Assembly: GCA_040514195.1 (NCBI GenBank)
Contig: JBEVDC010000141.1
Span: 1 to 34,548, forward strand
Reading direction: 5' to 3'
DNA from: Candidatus Limnocylindrales bacterium
GTDB taxonomy: Bacteria; Chloroflexota; Limnocylindria; Limnocylindrales; CSP1-4
Length of the DNA: 34,548 nt
Of the stretch, positions 8,252-17,426 are shown one piece after another. The notes beneath the pieces were generated by a model. The model was not told the origin of the DNA, searched no databases, and saw only the letters and a program-made list of their open reading frames with translations. Position 1 is the first letter of the stretch, and each line of letters starts with the position of its first letter. The translations under genes were made by a program, and so were the position numbers.

Positions 8252-8890
8252 GTGGAGCAGACGCAGGGACGAGCGGACGGGGATCTGGCCCGACTCATCG
8301 CGGCCGGCGATGAGGCCGCCTTCATGGCTGCCTACGATGACCATGCCTCGCTCCTCTATGCCGTCGTCATGCGACTGCTCTCGGACCGCGAGGCTGCGGC
8401 GGAGATCATCCAGGAGACGTACTTGACCCTCTGGCAACGCGCAGCACAGTACCGACCCGAGGCAGGCAGCCTGCGGACCTGGTTGATGCGCATCGCCCGC
8501 AACCGCGCGCTCGACCGACTCCGCGCCGAGGCGCGACGGCCACATCTCGTTTCGGTCACGGAGTCGATGGGGTCGGATGGCGGTTGGATGCCCCGTGCGG
8601 ACGACCGCAACCAGGCCGGCGATGAGCCCGGTCCCAGTCTCGAACGCAGGTGGACCCAGGCCGTCGTCCGGACGGCCGTCGCCGGCATGCCCCACGACGA
8701 ACGAAAGGTCCTCGTGCTGGCTTACGACGAAGGCCTCAGCCAGTCGCAGATCGCGGCTCGGCTGGCGCTGCCCATCGGGACCGTGAAGTCGCGGACGCGC
8801 CGCGCTATGGCCCGGCTGCGCGACATCCTTGGCACCGTCCCAGACCTGGTCGATGGCGGCGTGGGGGAGGCGATCGATGGATCACGCTGA
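8252..8890 (+). CDS. ECF-type RNA polymerase sigma-70 family factor
   Basis: Region 2 ('EIIQETYLTLWQ', 'WLMRIARNRALDRLR') and the region 4 HTH ('LSQSQIAARLALPIGTVKSRTRRAMARLR') are present. GTG 8252 has GGGAG 4 nt upstream. The 305-aa ORF-track version begins inside the upstream lipoprotein gene. Confidence 0.85.
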   Translation: MEQTQGRADGDLARLIAAGDEAAFMAAYDDHASLLYAVVMRLLSDREAAAEIIQETYLTLWQRAAQYRPEAGSLRTWLMRIARNRALDRLRAEARRPHLVSVTESMGSDGGWMPRADDRNQAGDEPGPSLERRWTQAVVRTAVAGMPHDERKVLVLAYDEGLSQSQIAARLALPIGTVKSRTRRAMARLRDILGTVPDLVDGGVGEAIDGSR

Positions 8891-9725
8891 GGCGCACGAG
8901 CGCCTCGCCGACCTGGCCCTCGAGCCCGGGCGCCTGATCGACCTCGAGGCCGATCCGACGCCCGAGGAACGAGCCCTCCTCGCCCACGCAGAGACATGCT
9001 CGACGTGCCGCGCCGAGCTGGCCGACTGGCGCCGGACGCACTCGGCCGTGCTCGCCGCGTCCACCACGGGTGGCATCGATCCCACTGGACGCCTCGAGAT
9101 CGGCTCCGCCGAAAGTTCCGCGGGACCGCCGACATCGCTCCGCGTGGCGGTCGCGGACATCCCGCGTCACTCGCCGCGCCTGCTCGATCCGGCGAGCGAA
9201 CGACCAGGGGCTCGGATGAACGGGGACGAGCAGAGGTCCCGCTGGCGGACCTCGGCCGTGGCGGCCGTCATCATCGTCGGCCTCTGCGTCGGGCTCGGTG
9301 CCATCGCAGCCGACCAGGTGCAAAGAGCCGATGTCGCCCGCCAGCAGGTCCGAGCGCTCGTCGGTCTGTCGACCAGCCTGGATCGGGTGCTTCGCGACGA
9401 CGGGCACACGGCGATCGCACTGGTCGGCCTCGACGGTGCGCCCGGCGGCACTGCCGCCTGGTCATCGAGCGAGATCGTCATCATGACCACGGCCCTGACG
9501 TCGCCGGGTCCGGACGCGGAGTACCGATGCTGGGTAGAGCGCGACGGCCAACGAACGGCGATCGGTGCCATGCGGTTCGCGGACGGAGTGGCCTACTGGT
9601 GGGGATCCCTTGACCGCTACGACGGCACGCCGCTCGACGGCGGCGGACGGCTGGGCGTCAGCCTCGAGCAGACCGGCCAGTCCGGTAGCCACGCCCCTGT
9701 CCTCCTCGGCGAGCTGCCGAGCTGA
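8877..9725 (+). CDS. Membrane anti-sigma factor (zinc-finger N-domain, RskA-like extracytoplasmic C-domain)
   Basis: ATG 8877 has GGAGG 6 nt upstream and overlaps the sigma gene's stop by 14 nt. It has the 'HAETCSTC' H-x3-C-x2-C anti-sigma motif and one TM helix ('AVAAVIIVGLCVGLGAIA'). The C-terminal domain ('YRCWVERDGQRTAIGAMRF') resembles the RskA type. Confidence 0.7.
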   Translation: MDHAEAHERLADLALEPGRLIDLEADPTPEERALLAHAETCSTCRAELADWRRTHSAVLAASTTGGIDPTGRLEIGSAESSAGPPTSLRVAVADIPRHSPRLLDPASERPGARMNGDEQRSRWRTSAVAAVIIVGLCVGLGAIAADQVQRADVARQQVRALVGLSTSLDRVLRDDGHTAIALVGLDGAPGGTAAWSSSEIVIMTTALTSPGPDAEYRCWVERDGQRTAIGAMRFADGVAYWWGSLDRYDGTPLDGGGRLGVSLEQTGQSGSHAPVLLGELPS

Positions 9726-9829
9726 CACTGGCGCGACCCGACCGCGGGCGCGTAGCTTCAGGCGTCTGGCGAAGGTCCCGGACCGATGACCTGGTGACGG
9801 AGCCGCGTGTGTGGTTTCATGCGGGCGTG

Positions 9830-11224
9830 ATGGAGCGACTGGCCGGTCTCAGCCGGACGAGGGCCGCAGCGATCGCGCTCGCATCGGTCCTGGCGTTCGC
9901 CCGGCTCGCAGGTCCTGGCCATGTCGCGCCAGTTCGGGCAGCCGACGATCCTGTGCTCGTCGGCGCTGGCGACATCGCCACCTGCGACTTCGAGGAAGAC
10001 GAGGCCACGGCCCGCCTCCTGGACGACATCCCAGGGACGGTGTTCACGCTCGGCGACAACGCCTACGACTCTGGCCGCGCGGCCGAGTTCCGCGACTGCT
10101 ATGGACCGACCTGGGGCCGCCACCGAGCGCGCACCCGCCCGGCCGCCGGTAACCACGACTACCTGACCGCCGGCGCCGGACCGTACTTCGATTACTTCGG
10201 CTCAGCGGCCGGTGTTCGCGGCCAGGGATGGTACAGCTACGACGTCGGCGCCTGGCACGTCGTGGTCCTCAACTCGAACTGCTCGGACGTGGGCGGCTGC
10301 GGCCGCGGCTCACCGCAGCTGGCATGGCTCAAGGCGGACCTGGCTGCGTACGCTGACGCCCACGTGCTCGCCTACTGGCACCATCCGCGCTTCAGCTCTC
10401 GAGCTCCGGCTCCGGTCCACGACGTTCGACCGCTCTGGGAGGTGCTCTACGACGCCGGCGCGGACGTCGTGTTGAGCGGCCACAGCCACGACTACGAGCG
10501 CTTTGCCCTCCAGGATCCGTGGGCCCGACCGGATCCGACCCACGGCATCCGGGCCTTTGTCGTCGGTACCGGTGGCGCGTGGCTCCGGCCGAAGCTGAAC
10601 GAGGCCGATAACAGCGAGGTCTGGGCCAGCGCGCACGGCGTCCTGGCGCTGACGCTCCGCGCCGACGCCTACGACTGGCGCTTCGTGCCCATCGCCGGCG
10701 GGACGTTCACCGACGCCGGCAGCGACACACCGCACGGCCGTCCCCCGCCGCGAACGAGACGGACCTTCGCGGCCCACACGGACACGTGGGTGGATGAGGG
10801 CGCACCGAACACCACGCATGGCGCTTCGCCGAGGCTCCGCGTCGACGGGAACCACGGGGGCGGCGACGACTATCGCAGCTATCTCAAGGTCCGGGCCACT
10901 GGTCTCTCGGGCACGGTGTTCCGAGCCGCCGTCCGAATCTGGGTCACCAACCCGACCCGCGACGGCCCGGCGATCTTCCGGACATCGACGCGCTGGTCGA
11001 GCCGGACCCTGACCTGGAGGAACCGGCCGGGCCCGATCGGAGGTTCTCTCGACGACGCTGGCCCGGTGCCGAGCGGCTCCTGGATGGACTTCGACGTGAC
11101 CGAGGCCGTGACTGGCAACGGCACGTACGCCTTCCTGCTCAGGTCGACCTCTGGAGACGGCCTCGTCGCGTCATCGGAGCAGGGCGCCCACCCGCCGCGC
11201 CTGGTCGTCGAGACGATCCCCTAG
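9830..11224 (+). CDS. Secreted calcineurin-like metallophosphoesterase with C-terminal beta-rich domain
   Basis: Signal peptide (MERLAGLSRTRAAAIALASVLAFARLAG). Metallophosphoesterase motifs 'GAGDIATC', 'TLGDNAY', 'AAGNHDY', 'YWHHP' and 'LSGHSHDYER' are present. The last ~150 aa form a separate domain ('TDTWVDEGAPNTTHG...LKV'). GTG 9794 is an alternative start. Confidence 0.75.
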   Translation: MERLAGLSRTRAAAIALASVLAFARLAGPGHVAPVRAADDPVLVGAGDIATCDFEEDEATARLLDDIPGTVFTLGDNAYDSGRAAEFRDCYGPTWGRHRARTRPAAGNHDYLTAGAGPYFDYFGSAAGVRGQGWYSYDVGAWHVVVLNSNCSDVGGCGRGSPQLAWLKADLAAYADAHVLAYWHHPRFSSRAPAPVHDVRPLWEVLYDAGADVVLSGHSHDYERFALQDPWARPDPTHGIRAFVVGTGGAWLRPKLNEADNSEVWASAHGVLALTLRADAYDWRFVPIAGGTFTDAGSDTPHGRPPPRTRRTFAAHTDTWVDEGAPNTTHGASPRLRVDGNHGGGDDYRSYLKVRATGLSGTVFRAAVRIWVTNPTRDGPAIFRTSTRWSSRTLTWRNRPGPIGGSLDDAGPVPSGSWMDFDVTEAVTGNGTYAFLLRSTSGDGLVASSEQGAHPPRLVVETIP

Positions 11225-11958
11225 CGCTGGTCAGAGGCCTCTATCGGCCCGACCGGGCGCACGTTCCTGCGCTCGACCCGATCCCGGATGCCTCGAAGCA
11301 TCCTCTCTTCGAGCGCGAAGTGGAGCGGCTCGACCAGGGCCCCGTTGAAGACGTCTGCGGCGCCGGACGGTGCCCACGTCATGCGCCACCGCGAGAGCAG
11401 ACGCGTGACACCCTCGCCCCGGTCACGGAGTACGAGGACCCAGGTTGCAGCCGGCGCCGCGGCGAAGTAGTCGCCCGCCAGAAGGGGCTCCCGAGCGGCG
11501 CCAGGTGGCGCGTCGGCCTCCGGCGCGGAACGACCGGTGCGAAGGACGAGCAGACCCGGTGCCTCGAGCCGTTCGACGGTCAGGACCAGGCCGTCCGGAC
11601 CGCCGACCGGCGCCAGGCGCACGGTGTCCCCGACGGCCAGGTCTTGCAGCTCGGGGATGATCGTGTCGGCGCTCTGCATGCCCGGGCCGACGAGCCGCTC
11701 CAGCGATTCGTAGCTGTACAGCCCGCCTCGACCCTCGCCGATCTGCGCCAGCCACGGCCAGACGGCCGAGGGCGGCGCGGCGATCGTGATGGCACGGGTG
11801 GATGTGAACCGCGGGACCGGCACCAGGCCGTCACCCGGCAGCGGCTCGGCCACTTCAGCCTCGGTCGCCCCCCAGCGCTGGAGCTGCGGCCGTACGCCCA
11901 GGACGTAGGCCGCGCCGGCTGTGCCGATGGCTGCCAGCCGGGCCAGAGCGCCGAGCAT
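11221..11958 (-). CDS. SRPBCC (START/polyketide-cyclase-like) family protein
   Basis: The segment 'AITIAAPPSAVWPWLAQIGEGRGGLYSYESLERL' is typical of SRPBCC proteins, preceded by an N-terminal hydrophobic segment. Its stop shares the tetranucleotide CTAG with the convergent phosphoesterase stop. Confidence 0.6.
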   Translation of the reverse strand: MLGALARLAAIGTAGAAYVLGVRPQLQRWGATEAEVAEPLPGDGLVPVPRFTSTRAITIAAPPSAVWPWLAQIGEGRGGLYSYESLERLVGPGMQSADTIIPELQDLAVGDTVRLAPVGGPDGLVLTVERLEAPGLLVLRTGRSAPEADAPPGAAREPLLAGDYFAAAPAATWVLVLRDRGEGVTRLLSRWRMTWAPSGAADVFNGALVEPLHFALEERMLRGIRDRVERRNVRPVGPIEASDQR

Positions 11959-11967
11959 CTCGCCTAC

Positions 11968-13815
11968 TCAGCGGGTGTCGGCGCCGGATGACCGACCGAC
12001 CAGGATCACCCCCGTGACGCGCGCGTAGTGCGAGTAGAAGGTTTCCTTGCTGAGCAGCTTGCCGTTCCGGTCGCGAACGTATCGGGTGACCCAGACGTCC
12101 TTGCCCGTCGCCGGGAATTCGACCTGTTGGCGGCGCCCCGGCCGTAACGAGGACGTGTACTGCACGATGGTGCCGGCGGGCCGGATGTTGCGGACGATCG
12201 GCCTCGTGAAGCTGACTCGGCGCCCCGAATCCACGGACCAGAGCTGGAAGTTGACGATGCCGAAGCTCGTCCAGCCGCGGATGAGGATGGGCGAGTCTGT
12301 GTCGTTCTTGAAGCTCATCGACTGGACGCTGCCGCCGCCACTCTTGAAGACCGTGGCGTCAAGGCCGAGCGGGTAGCGATCGATGTAGTAGTAGTGATTG
12401 CGCCGGTCGCCCATCTCCAGGCCGTACCGCACCGCGGCGTTGAAGAGCGTCGTGGAGCAGCTGCAGATGCCGCCGGCAAGCGCGCCGGTCGGCTCTGTGC
12501 GGCCGTTGATGATGGCTCCGCCCGGCCCGAAGCCGCGGGCCCGGCTGAGCTCGCCGACCACCTCCCAGAAGTCGAACCACTCGCCCGGCGCCACGACGTA
12601 GCCGTTGATGAGGCTGGTGGGGATGGAGATGTTCTTGCCGAAGAAGTTGCGCTCGCCCTGCGGGAAGTGGGTCGTCCAGCGCGCCCGCTTGATGGGCTTC
12701 AGCTTGTTCTTCCATGCCTTCGCGTCCGCGGTCGTGAAGGCCGGCTCGCTCGAGGCGACAGCCAGCTGCGCTGTCGGCAGGCCATCGGGTGAGGGCTGCG
12801 CGAGGGAAGCCTGGATCGCGGCCACGGAGGCCGCCACGTCCGTGGCACGGCCGGCCTTGGAGGGGATGATCGACGATGGGCGCCCGCCGGAGATGCGGTA
12901 GCGCGCGTTGGTGCCCGCCTGGTCGACCTTCTTGGCGAAGCCCTTGACCGCCTTTTCCAGCCGATTGGCGTCGAAGGCCGGCACGATGCTGCCATCCGGG
13001 CCGGCCTCGAAGGTGACCCACGAGCGGAGGCTCTCGTTCCTGATGGTGAAGCGCTGCTTGCCAGCCGTGACGGTCAGGTCGACCGCGGCCAGGAGCGAGG
13101 CGCGATTCGCTGCCGCTTCCGCTTCGGCCGTGGTGATGCCGGGCTCCACCGGCTGAGTCACGGCGGGCACGCTCGCCTGGCCAGGGTCACTCGCAGCCAG
13201 GATCGGGTCGATGGCCAGCAGGGTCGCGGAGACGTCCAGCGTTCTGCCGTCGACGGCCGGGGTGGCACGGAAGAAGGCGCTCCCTTCCGGCAGGCCGACG
13301 CTGGCGTCGATCGGGTCGCGTGCCATGTCCGCAGCGATGACCACCAGCCGACGGTTGGCAAGCTCTCGGTCGTACTCGGCGATCGGCAGCACGCTCGTGC
13401 CTCGGATGAGACTCCGGAGTCGGTCCAGCGACTGATCAGCAAGCGTGCCCCGACGGCCGACCTCGAACGCCGCGTCGAGCATCGCTCCGAGGTCGTAGTC
13501 GCGGGCGACCGAGGCATAGGGGATCGCGACAGACTCATCGTCCACGGTCAGGGTGATGGCGCCGTCCCCGAGGGCCGGCAGAGACGCACGCAGCGCAGCT
13601 TCTGCGCTGGTCCGATCCAAGCCGGAGACCGAGACACCGGCCACCGTTACGCCTGGCATGGCCTTGCTCTCGTAGGCCACGGCCAAGCCGGCCATGAAGC
13701 CGGCCGCGAGGACGGCGACGAAGGCGACAGCGACGAGAAAGCCGAGGACGCCGAACCGCCAACCACGCGGGCGTGGCTCGGTCCTGGCATTGAAGGTGAT
13801 GCTCTCAGTGGTCAC
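11968..13815 (-). CDS. VanW-domain protein with N-terminal membrane anchor
   Basis: GTG start and a TM helix ('FGVLGFLVAVAFVAVLAAGF'). A long extracytoplasmic region follows. The VanW signature is present: 'YVVAPGEWFDFWEVVG', 'GICSCSTTLFNAAVRYGLEM', 'RRNHYYYIDRYPLGLDATV'. Confidence 0.8.
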   Translation of the reverse strand: MTTESITFNARTEPRPRGWRFGVLGFLVAVAFVAVLAAGFMAGLAVAYESKAMPGVTVAGVSVSGLDRTSAEAALRASLPALGDGAITLTVDDESVAIPYASVARDYDLGAMLDAAFEVGRRGTLADQSLDRLRSLIRGTSVLPIAEYDRELANRRLVVIAADMARDPIDASVGLPEGSAFFRATPAVDGRTLDVSATLLAIDPILAASDPGQASVPAVTQPVEPGITTAEAEAAANRASLLAAVDLTVTAGKQRFTIRNESLRSWVTFEAGPDGSIVPAFDANRLEKAVKGFAKKVDQAGTNARYRISGGRPSSIIPSKAGRATDVAASVAAIQASLAQPSPDGLPTAQLAVASSEPAFTTADAKAWKNKLKPIKRARWTTHFPQGERNFFGKNISIPTSLINGYVVAPGEWFDFWEVVGELSRARGFGPGGAIINGRTEPTGALAGGICSCSTTLFNAAVRYGLEMGDRRNHYYYIDRYPLGLDATVFKSGGGSVQSMSFKNDTDSPILIRGWTSFGIVNFQLWSVDSGRRVSFTRPIVRNIRPAGTIVQYTSSLRPGRRQQVEFPATGKDVWVTRYVRDRNGKLLSKETFYSHYARVTGVILVGRSSGADTR

Positions 13816-13861
13816 GGGCGACGAATCCTAGCAGGCGGCGGGCGGATCTCAGGTCGTAGAT

Positions 13862-14896
13862 TCAGACGCCGCGTGGCAGGATCACGACACGTCGATCCGG
13901 CTCCTCGCCGATCGACTGCGTGGTGACCTGGTCGTTGGCGCGCAGGGCGAGGTGGATCCAGCGACGCTCAAGGGGGGTCATAGGGTCGAGCTGGAGCATG
14001 CGCCCGGTCTCCACCACACGTGCAGCGGCGCGGTCAGCGATCTCGTGGAGCTGTCGCTCCCTGCGGCCGCGGTACTCCTCGACGTCGACCAGCACCCGCG
14101 TCCAGGCGCCCATGCGCTTGGAGAGCATGAGGTTGACGAGGTGCTGAAGGGCGGACAAGCGCTCGCCCTTGCGCCCGATGAGCGCCCCGAGCGACTCCTT
14201 CTCCGATTCATCGCCGATGACGCTCAAGCGTGAGGTCTCGCCGGCCTCGATGGTCACGGTGACCTTGTAGCCCAGGAGCGCCATGACCTGCTCGAGGATC
14301 TCCTTACCGGCCGAGAGCGCTTCGGGCGAAGCCTCGGCGGCCTGGACATCCTCGCGGTCGGCGACCGACGACGCGCGGGCGGCCGATAGTTGCGCCTGCT
14401 CGCCCTCGGTCAGCGCGCTCGAGCGCGTCGGCCGGGGCTCCCGACGCGACCTGTCGTCGCGGCGGGGCGGCCGGTCTTCCCGCCGGGGGCGTTCGTCCCG
14501 CGGCGCGGCGGCCGCACCCGACGATCCCCGCTCGACGGCCTCGCTGGCGACAGCCGCCGGCACGTCGCCGCGTGGCTCACGGCGGTCGTAGCCGCCCCGC
14601 CCGCGGTCGTCGCGGCGCGGCGGCCGGTCGTCGCGTGCCCCCCGGTCCTCGCGGGCAGGCGGAGGCGGCAAGGGCACACTGGCGGCGGCCTCGCGCCGGG
14701 GGGCTGCACCGCCGAGGGCGGACCGCGGCGCGGCTACGATGCGGGCCGGCTCGGCGCCCATGCCCAGGACGCCGCGTGCGCCGTGGGTCAGGATCTCGAA
14801 GTCGAGGTCGTTGAGGCTCGAGACGCCGAAGGCCTGCATGGCCTGCTTGATGGCGTCCTCGACGGACTTGCCCGTGAACTCCTGGTAATCGCTCAT
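13862..14896 (-). CDS. jag: Jag/KhpB-type RNA-binding protein (Jag_N + KH + R3H) with long Arg/Asp/Pro-rich linker
   Basis: The N-terminus 'FTGKSVEDAIKQAMQAFG' is Jag_N-like and 'GYKVTVTIE' is a KH-like segment. The R3H-like C-terminus reads 'MTPLERRWIHLAL'. It sits directly after yidC with an ATGA start/stop overlap. Confidence 0.85.
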   Translation of the reverse strand: MSDYQEFTGKSVEDAIKQAMQAFGVSSLNDLDFEILTHGARGVLGMGAEPARIVAAPRSALGGAAPRREAAASVPLPPPPAREDRGARDDRPPRRDDRGRGGYDRREPRGDVPAAVASEAVERGSSGAAAAPRDERPRREDRPPRRDDRSRREPRPTRSSALTEGEQAQLSAARASSVADREDVQAAEASPEALSAGKEILEQVMALLGYKVTVTIEAGETSRLSVIGDESEKESLGALIGRKGERLSALQHLVNLMLSKRMGAWTRVLVDVEEYRGRRERQLHEIADRAAARVVETGRMLQLDPMTPLERRWIHLALRANDQVTTQSIGEEPDRRVVILPRGV

Positions 14897-16215
14897 CGTC
14901 GTCTCCCCCGCCGGCTTGTGCGGGCTCGCTGTCTGGATGGTTTGACGGTTCCGGCTGCGCTATCGGTCGTCGTTCGCCGCGCAGGCGCCGCCGCCACCCC
15001 ACCCGAGAGGGTGTTCGGCGATGGGGGCGGAGAGACCGGATAGCGGGGCGTGTGGTTCCTGGCGAAGGCGGGGTTCCAGCCGAAGAGCGGGAAGAGGGCG
15101 CCCCATCCCGCGATCATGTACTGCTGGACGATCGAGAAGATGGTGGTCGTGATCCAGTAGATGAAGAGGCCGGCCGGCAGGAAAGCGCCGTAGATGATCG
15201 AGATGGCCGGCAGGATGAGCATCGTCCGGTTCTGCACGCGCAACTGCGGGTCGCTCGTGTTGGTCTGCGCCATGCGCGTCTGGATGAGTTGCAGGAAGGC
15301 CGCGATGAGGGCCAGCAAGCTGACGCCGAAGCCAAGCACGGGAAGCGTGAAGAAGATCTCCGACACGCTTGCGTTCAGGCCGCGCTCGGTCGCACCCGGC
15401 AGGAAGCCCAGCCAGGGAATGAACGGGTCGATGCACGAGGCGAGGCCGGTCGCCGCCGCCGGCTGGCAGGTGACATGGATGACCTGCACGCCGAAGACGG
15501 TCAGCATCGAGCTGATGTCTGGGGCCTGCAGGCCCGCGGTGAAGACGTAGTACATCGGCCCGAGCAGGAAGAGCGTCAGCAGCGCGGGCAGGCATCCGGA
15601 GGCAGGGCTCACCCCACGGTCTTTGTAGAGCCGCTGCTGCTCCTGTGCCAGCTTGGCCCGGTCGCCCTTGTACTTCTGTTGGAGCGCCTTCATCTCCGGC
15701 TGGAGGGCGACCATCCGCCGCGAGGAAACGATCTGACGTCGGAAGATCGGGATGAGCAGGACGCGGATGATGAGAGTGACCACGATGATCGCGATGCCGA
15801 TGTCGCCGAGTTCACGGCTGCCGAGTGCGCTGCCGATGATGCCGGTCACGTTGTAGGCAGCGGCGAGGAGCATGAAGATGGCCTGGAAGAGCGGCGTGAA
15901 GATCCAGGCGATGGTGCTCACCGGGTCCGCCCCCGGCACGGCTGGACAGAGGTTCGGTCGCTGCGTCGGCAGCGGGAGAGGTGTCGGTTGCGGCGTCTCG
16001 CCCTCGCGGGTCGGCTCGGGCGTCGGCGTCGGGACAGGCGTCGGGTTGGGGCACGGTGGGGCGGTCGCGCCGGGCGCTGGGGTAGGCTCGGACGCAGCCG
16101 GCGAGGCTGCCGGGTCGGGGCTCGGGCTCGCGGCCGCCGCCGGCAGGCCGATGAGCAGGATGAGTGCGAACGCCAGGACGGCGACGAGGCCGATCTTGAT
16201 GCGCCGGTCGGTCAC
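14893..16215 (-). CDS. yidC: Membrane protein insertase YidC (Gram-positive type)
   Basis: 'RQIVSSRRMVALQPEMKALQQKYKGDR', 'LPALLTLFLLGPMYYV' and 'PAGLFIYWITTTIFSIVQQY' match the YidC/Oxa1 core. The N-terminal exported segment is Pro/Thr-rich and the C-tail is basic (SRQRARTSRRGRRR). GTG start. Confidence 0.9.
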   Translation of the reverse strand: MTDRRIKIGLVAVLAFALILLIGLPAAAASPSPDPAASPAASEPTPAPGATAPPCPNPTPVPTPTPEPTREGETPQPTPLPLPTQRPNLCPAVPGADPVSTIAWIFTPLFQAIFMLLAAAYNVTGIIGSALGSRELGDIGIAIIVVTLIIRVLLIPIFRRQIVSSRRMVALQPEMKALQQKYKGDRAKLAQEQQRLYKDRGVSPASGCLPALLTLFLLGPMYYVFTAGLQAPDISSMLTVFGVQVIHVTCQPAAATGLASCIDPFIPWLGFLPGATERGLNASVSEIFFTLPVLGFGVSLLALIAAFLQLIQTRMAQTNTSDPQLRVQNRTMLILPAISIIYGAFLPAGLFIYWITTTIFSIVQQYMIAGWGALFPLFGWNPAFARNHTPRYPVSPPPSPNTLSGGVAAAPARRTTTDSAAGTVKPSRQRARTSRRGRRR

Positions 16216-16251
16216 GAGGTGCGTGTCATCCTTCCTTGGCCGGTGTGCGGC

Positions 16252-16458
16252 TCAGCGAACCGGGTCATAGCCGCCGGCGGAGAACGGATTGCAGCGCGCG
16301 ATGCGCCTGGCGCCCATCCAGCTGCCCTTCACGAGGCCGTAGCGCTCGATGGCCTGTTCCGTGTAACGCGAGCAGCTCGGCTCATAGCGACAGGAGGATG
16401 GCGCCCAGGCGAACGCGACCCGATAGAACCGGATCAAGCCGATGCCGAGCCTCTTCAC
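16252..16458 (-). CDS. yidD: Membrane protein insertion efficiency factor YidD
   Basis: Canonical '[19 protein letters not shown]' and '[17 protein letters not shown]' motifs. Its GTG start overlaps the rnpA stop (GTGA). Confidence 0.9.
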   Translation of the reverse strand: MKRLGIGLIRFYRVAFAWAPSSCRYEPSCSRYTEQAIERYGLVKGSWMGARRIARCNPFSAGGYDPVR

Positions 16459-16811
16459 CCCTCGGTCCTCTCTTCATGGAGCGCCCCGCCCTTGCGGAGC
16501 AGGCGTTCCAGTGTGGCTGCCAGTTCGACCTGGCTGGCCGTGATGCTTCCCTGCCTGGCCACCAGCAGGATGTCGAAGCCGGGCACGATGCCCGGCGACA
16601 ACGCCCTCAGCCCCTCGCGGATCCGGCGTCGGATCCGGTTGCGGACGACTGCGCCGCCGAGTCGGCGACTCGTCGAGATGCCGAACCTCGTGCCAGCCCG
16701 TTCGGTTCGCAAGAACCGAGCGCTGATCCGGCTGTCGGAGCGGACCACGTCCGATCCGCCGACGGCCGCGAAGTCGCTCGCGGATCGCAGCATCGTGGGC
16801 GCCTTGCTCAC
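16455..16811 (-). CDS. rnpA: Ribonuclease P protein component
   Basis: '[16 protein letters not shown]' is the RNase P protein RNR motif. The size (118 aa) and position between rpmH and yidD are canonical. GTG start. Confidence 0.85.
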   Translation of the reverse strand: MSKAPTMLRSASDFAAVGGSDVVRSDSRISARFLRTERAGTRFGISTSRRLGGAVVRNRIRRRIREGLRALSPGIVPGFDILLVARQGSITASQVELAATLERLLRKGGALHEERTEG

Positions 16812-16836
16812 GCCCGGTGCTGTGGCTGGACCGCCG

Positions 16837-16971
16837 TCAGACGGTCAACCGACGACGGCCCCTGGCACGTCGAGCGGCGAGCACCCGCCGACCGCCCTTG
16901 GACTTCATGCGAGCCCGAAAGCCGTGCTCCTTCGCGCGATGGCGCTTCTTGGGCTGGTAGGTCTGCTTCAT
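16837..16971 (-). CDS. rpmH: 50S ribosomal protein L34
   Basis: Not in the ORF track because it is under 60 aa. The reverse complement translates to [44 protein letters not shown] followed by a stop, a near-consensus L34. It lies 25 nt upstream of rnpA. Confidence 0.95.
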   Translation of the reverse strand: MKQTYQPKKRHRAKEHGFRARMKSKGGRRVLAARRARGRRRLTV

Positions 16972-17405
16972 CGCGAGGCGTGGGCTCCTTGGCCGGGTCG
17001 ATGTGGAGCGTCAGCGATCCGGCGCCGGACGGCCTGCCCCGTGGGAGGTTGGTGCACCCGTTCGCTCCGCAGCACGAAACGGCCTGGCGCGCCAGTCGAA
17101 CCGGGGGATGATAGGCCGGTGCCGGATGGCCCGTCAAACGCGGCGGCGCCTCCGCCCGTCCCGGGCGCAAGTCTGGCGAACCGGCGCACCGGCGGCCCGT
17201 CCACCACGTCGTCCGCACCGGGCCGATTGGCGCGCGCGACGGCGCTGCCGACCTCGCCCGTCGGCGACCGGCGCCAGGACGGGCCGTCCCATGGGCAGGT
17301 GTGGTGCAGGGCGAGGCCATCCGAGGGGCTTCGCGCGGGTGGCCCTGCAGGCCTTCGGTGAACGTGGCATCATCCGCCGTCACGGACCGATGGGCGGTCC
17401 GAGGG

Positions 17406-17426
17406 CGATACTCCCGGGGAGTATCG
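17406..17426. promoter_or_regulatory. 21-bp perfect palindrome in the rpmH-dnaA spacer (candidate operator or paired -10-like boxes)
   Basis: cgatactccc-g-gggagtatcg has 10-bp arms around a single central base. It contains GATACT on both strands. It lies ~220 bp upstream of the dnaA ATG. Confidence 0.3.

Noticed and set aside
7332-9800. A genomic island or prophage integrated at the 3' end of ssrA
   Set aside because: tmRNA genes are common integration sites. However, I found no second copy of the tmRNA 3' end (ttcgaccctcccccatctccacca) downstream. I also found no integrase, and the neighbouring genes are ordinary envelope and regulatory genes.
15052-17361. 769-aa plus-strand ORF spanning the yidC, yidD, rnpA and rpmH region
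   Set aside because: It runs antisense to four well-supported conserved genes. The product is Arg/Gly/Asp/Pro-rich with no recognisable domain. This is a typical shadow ORF of high-GC DNA.
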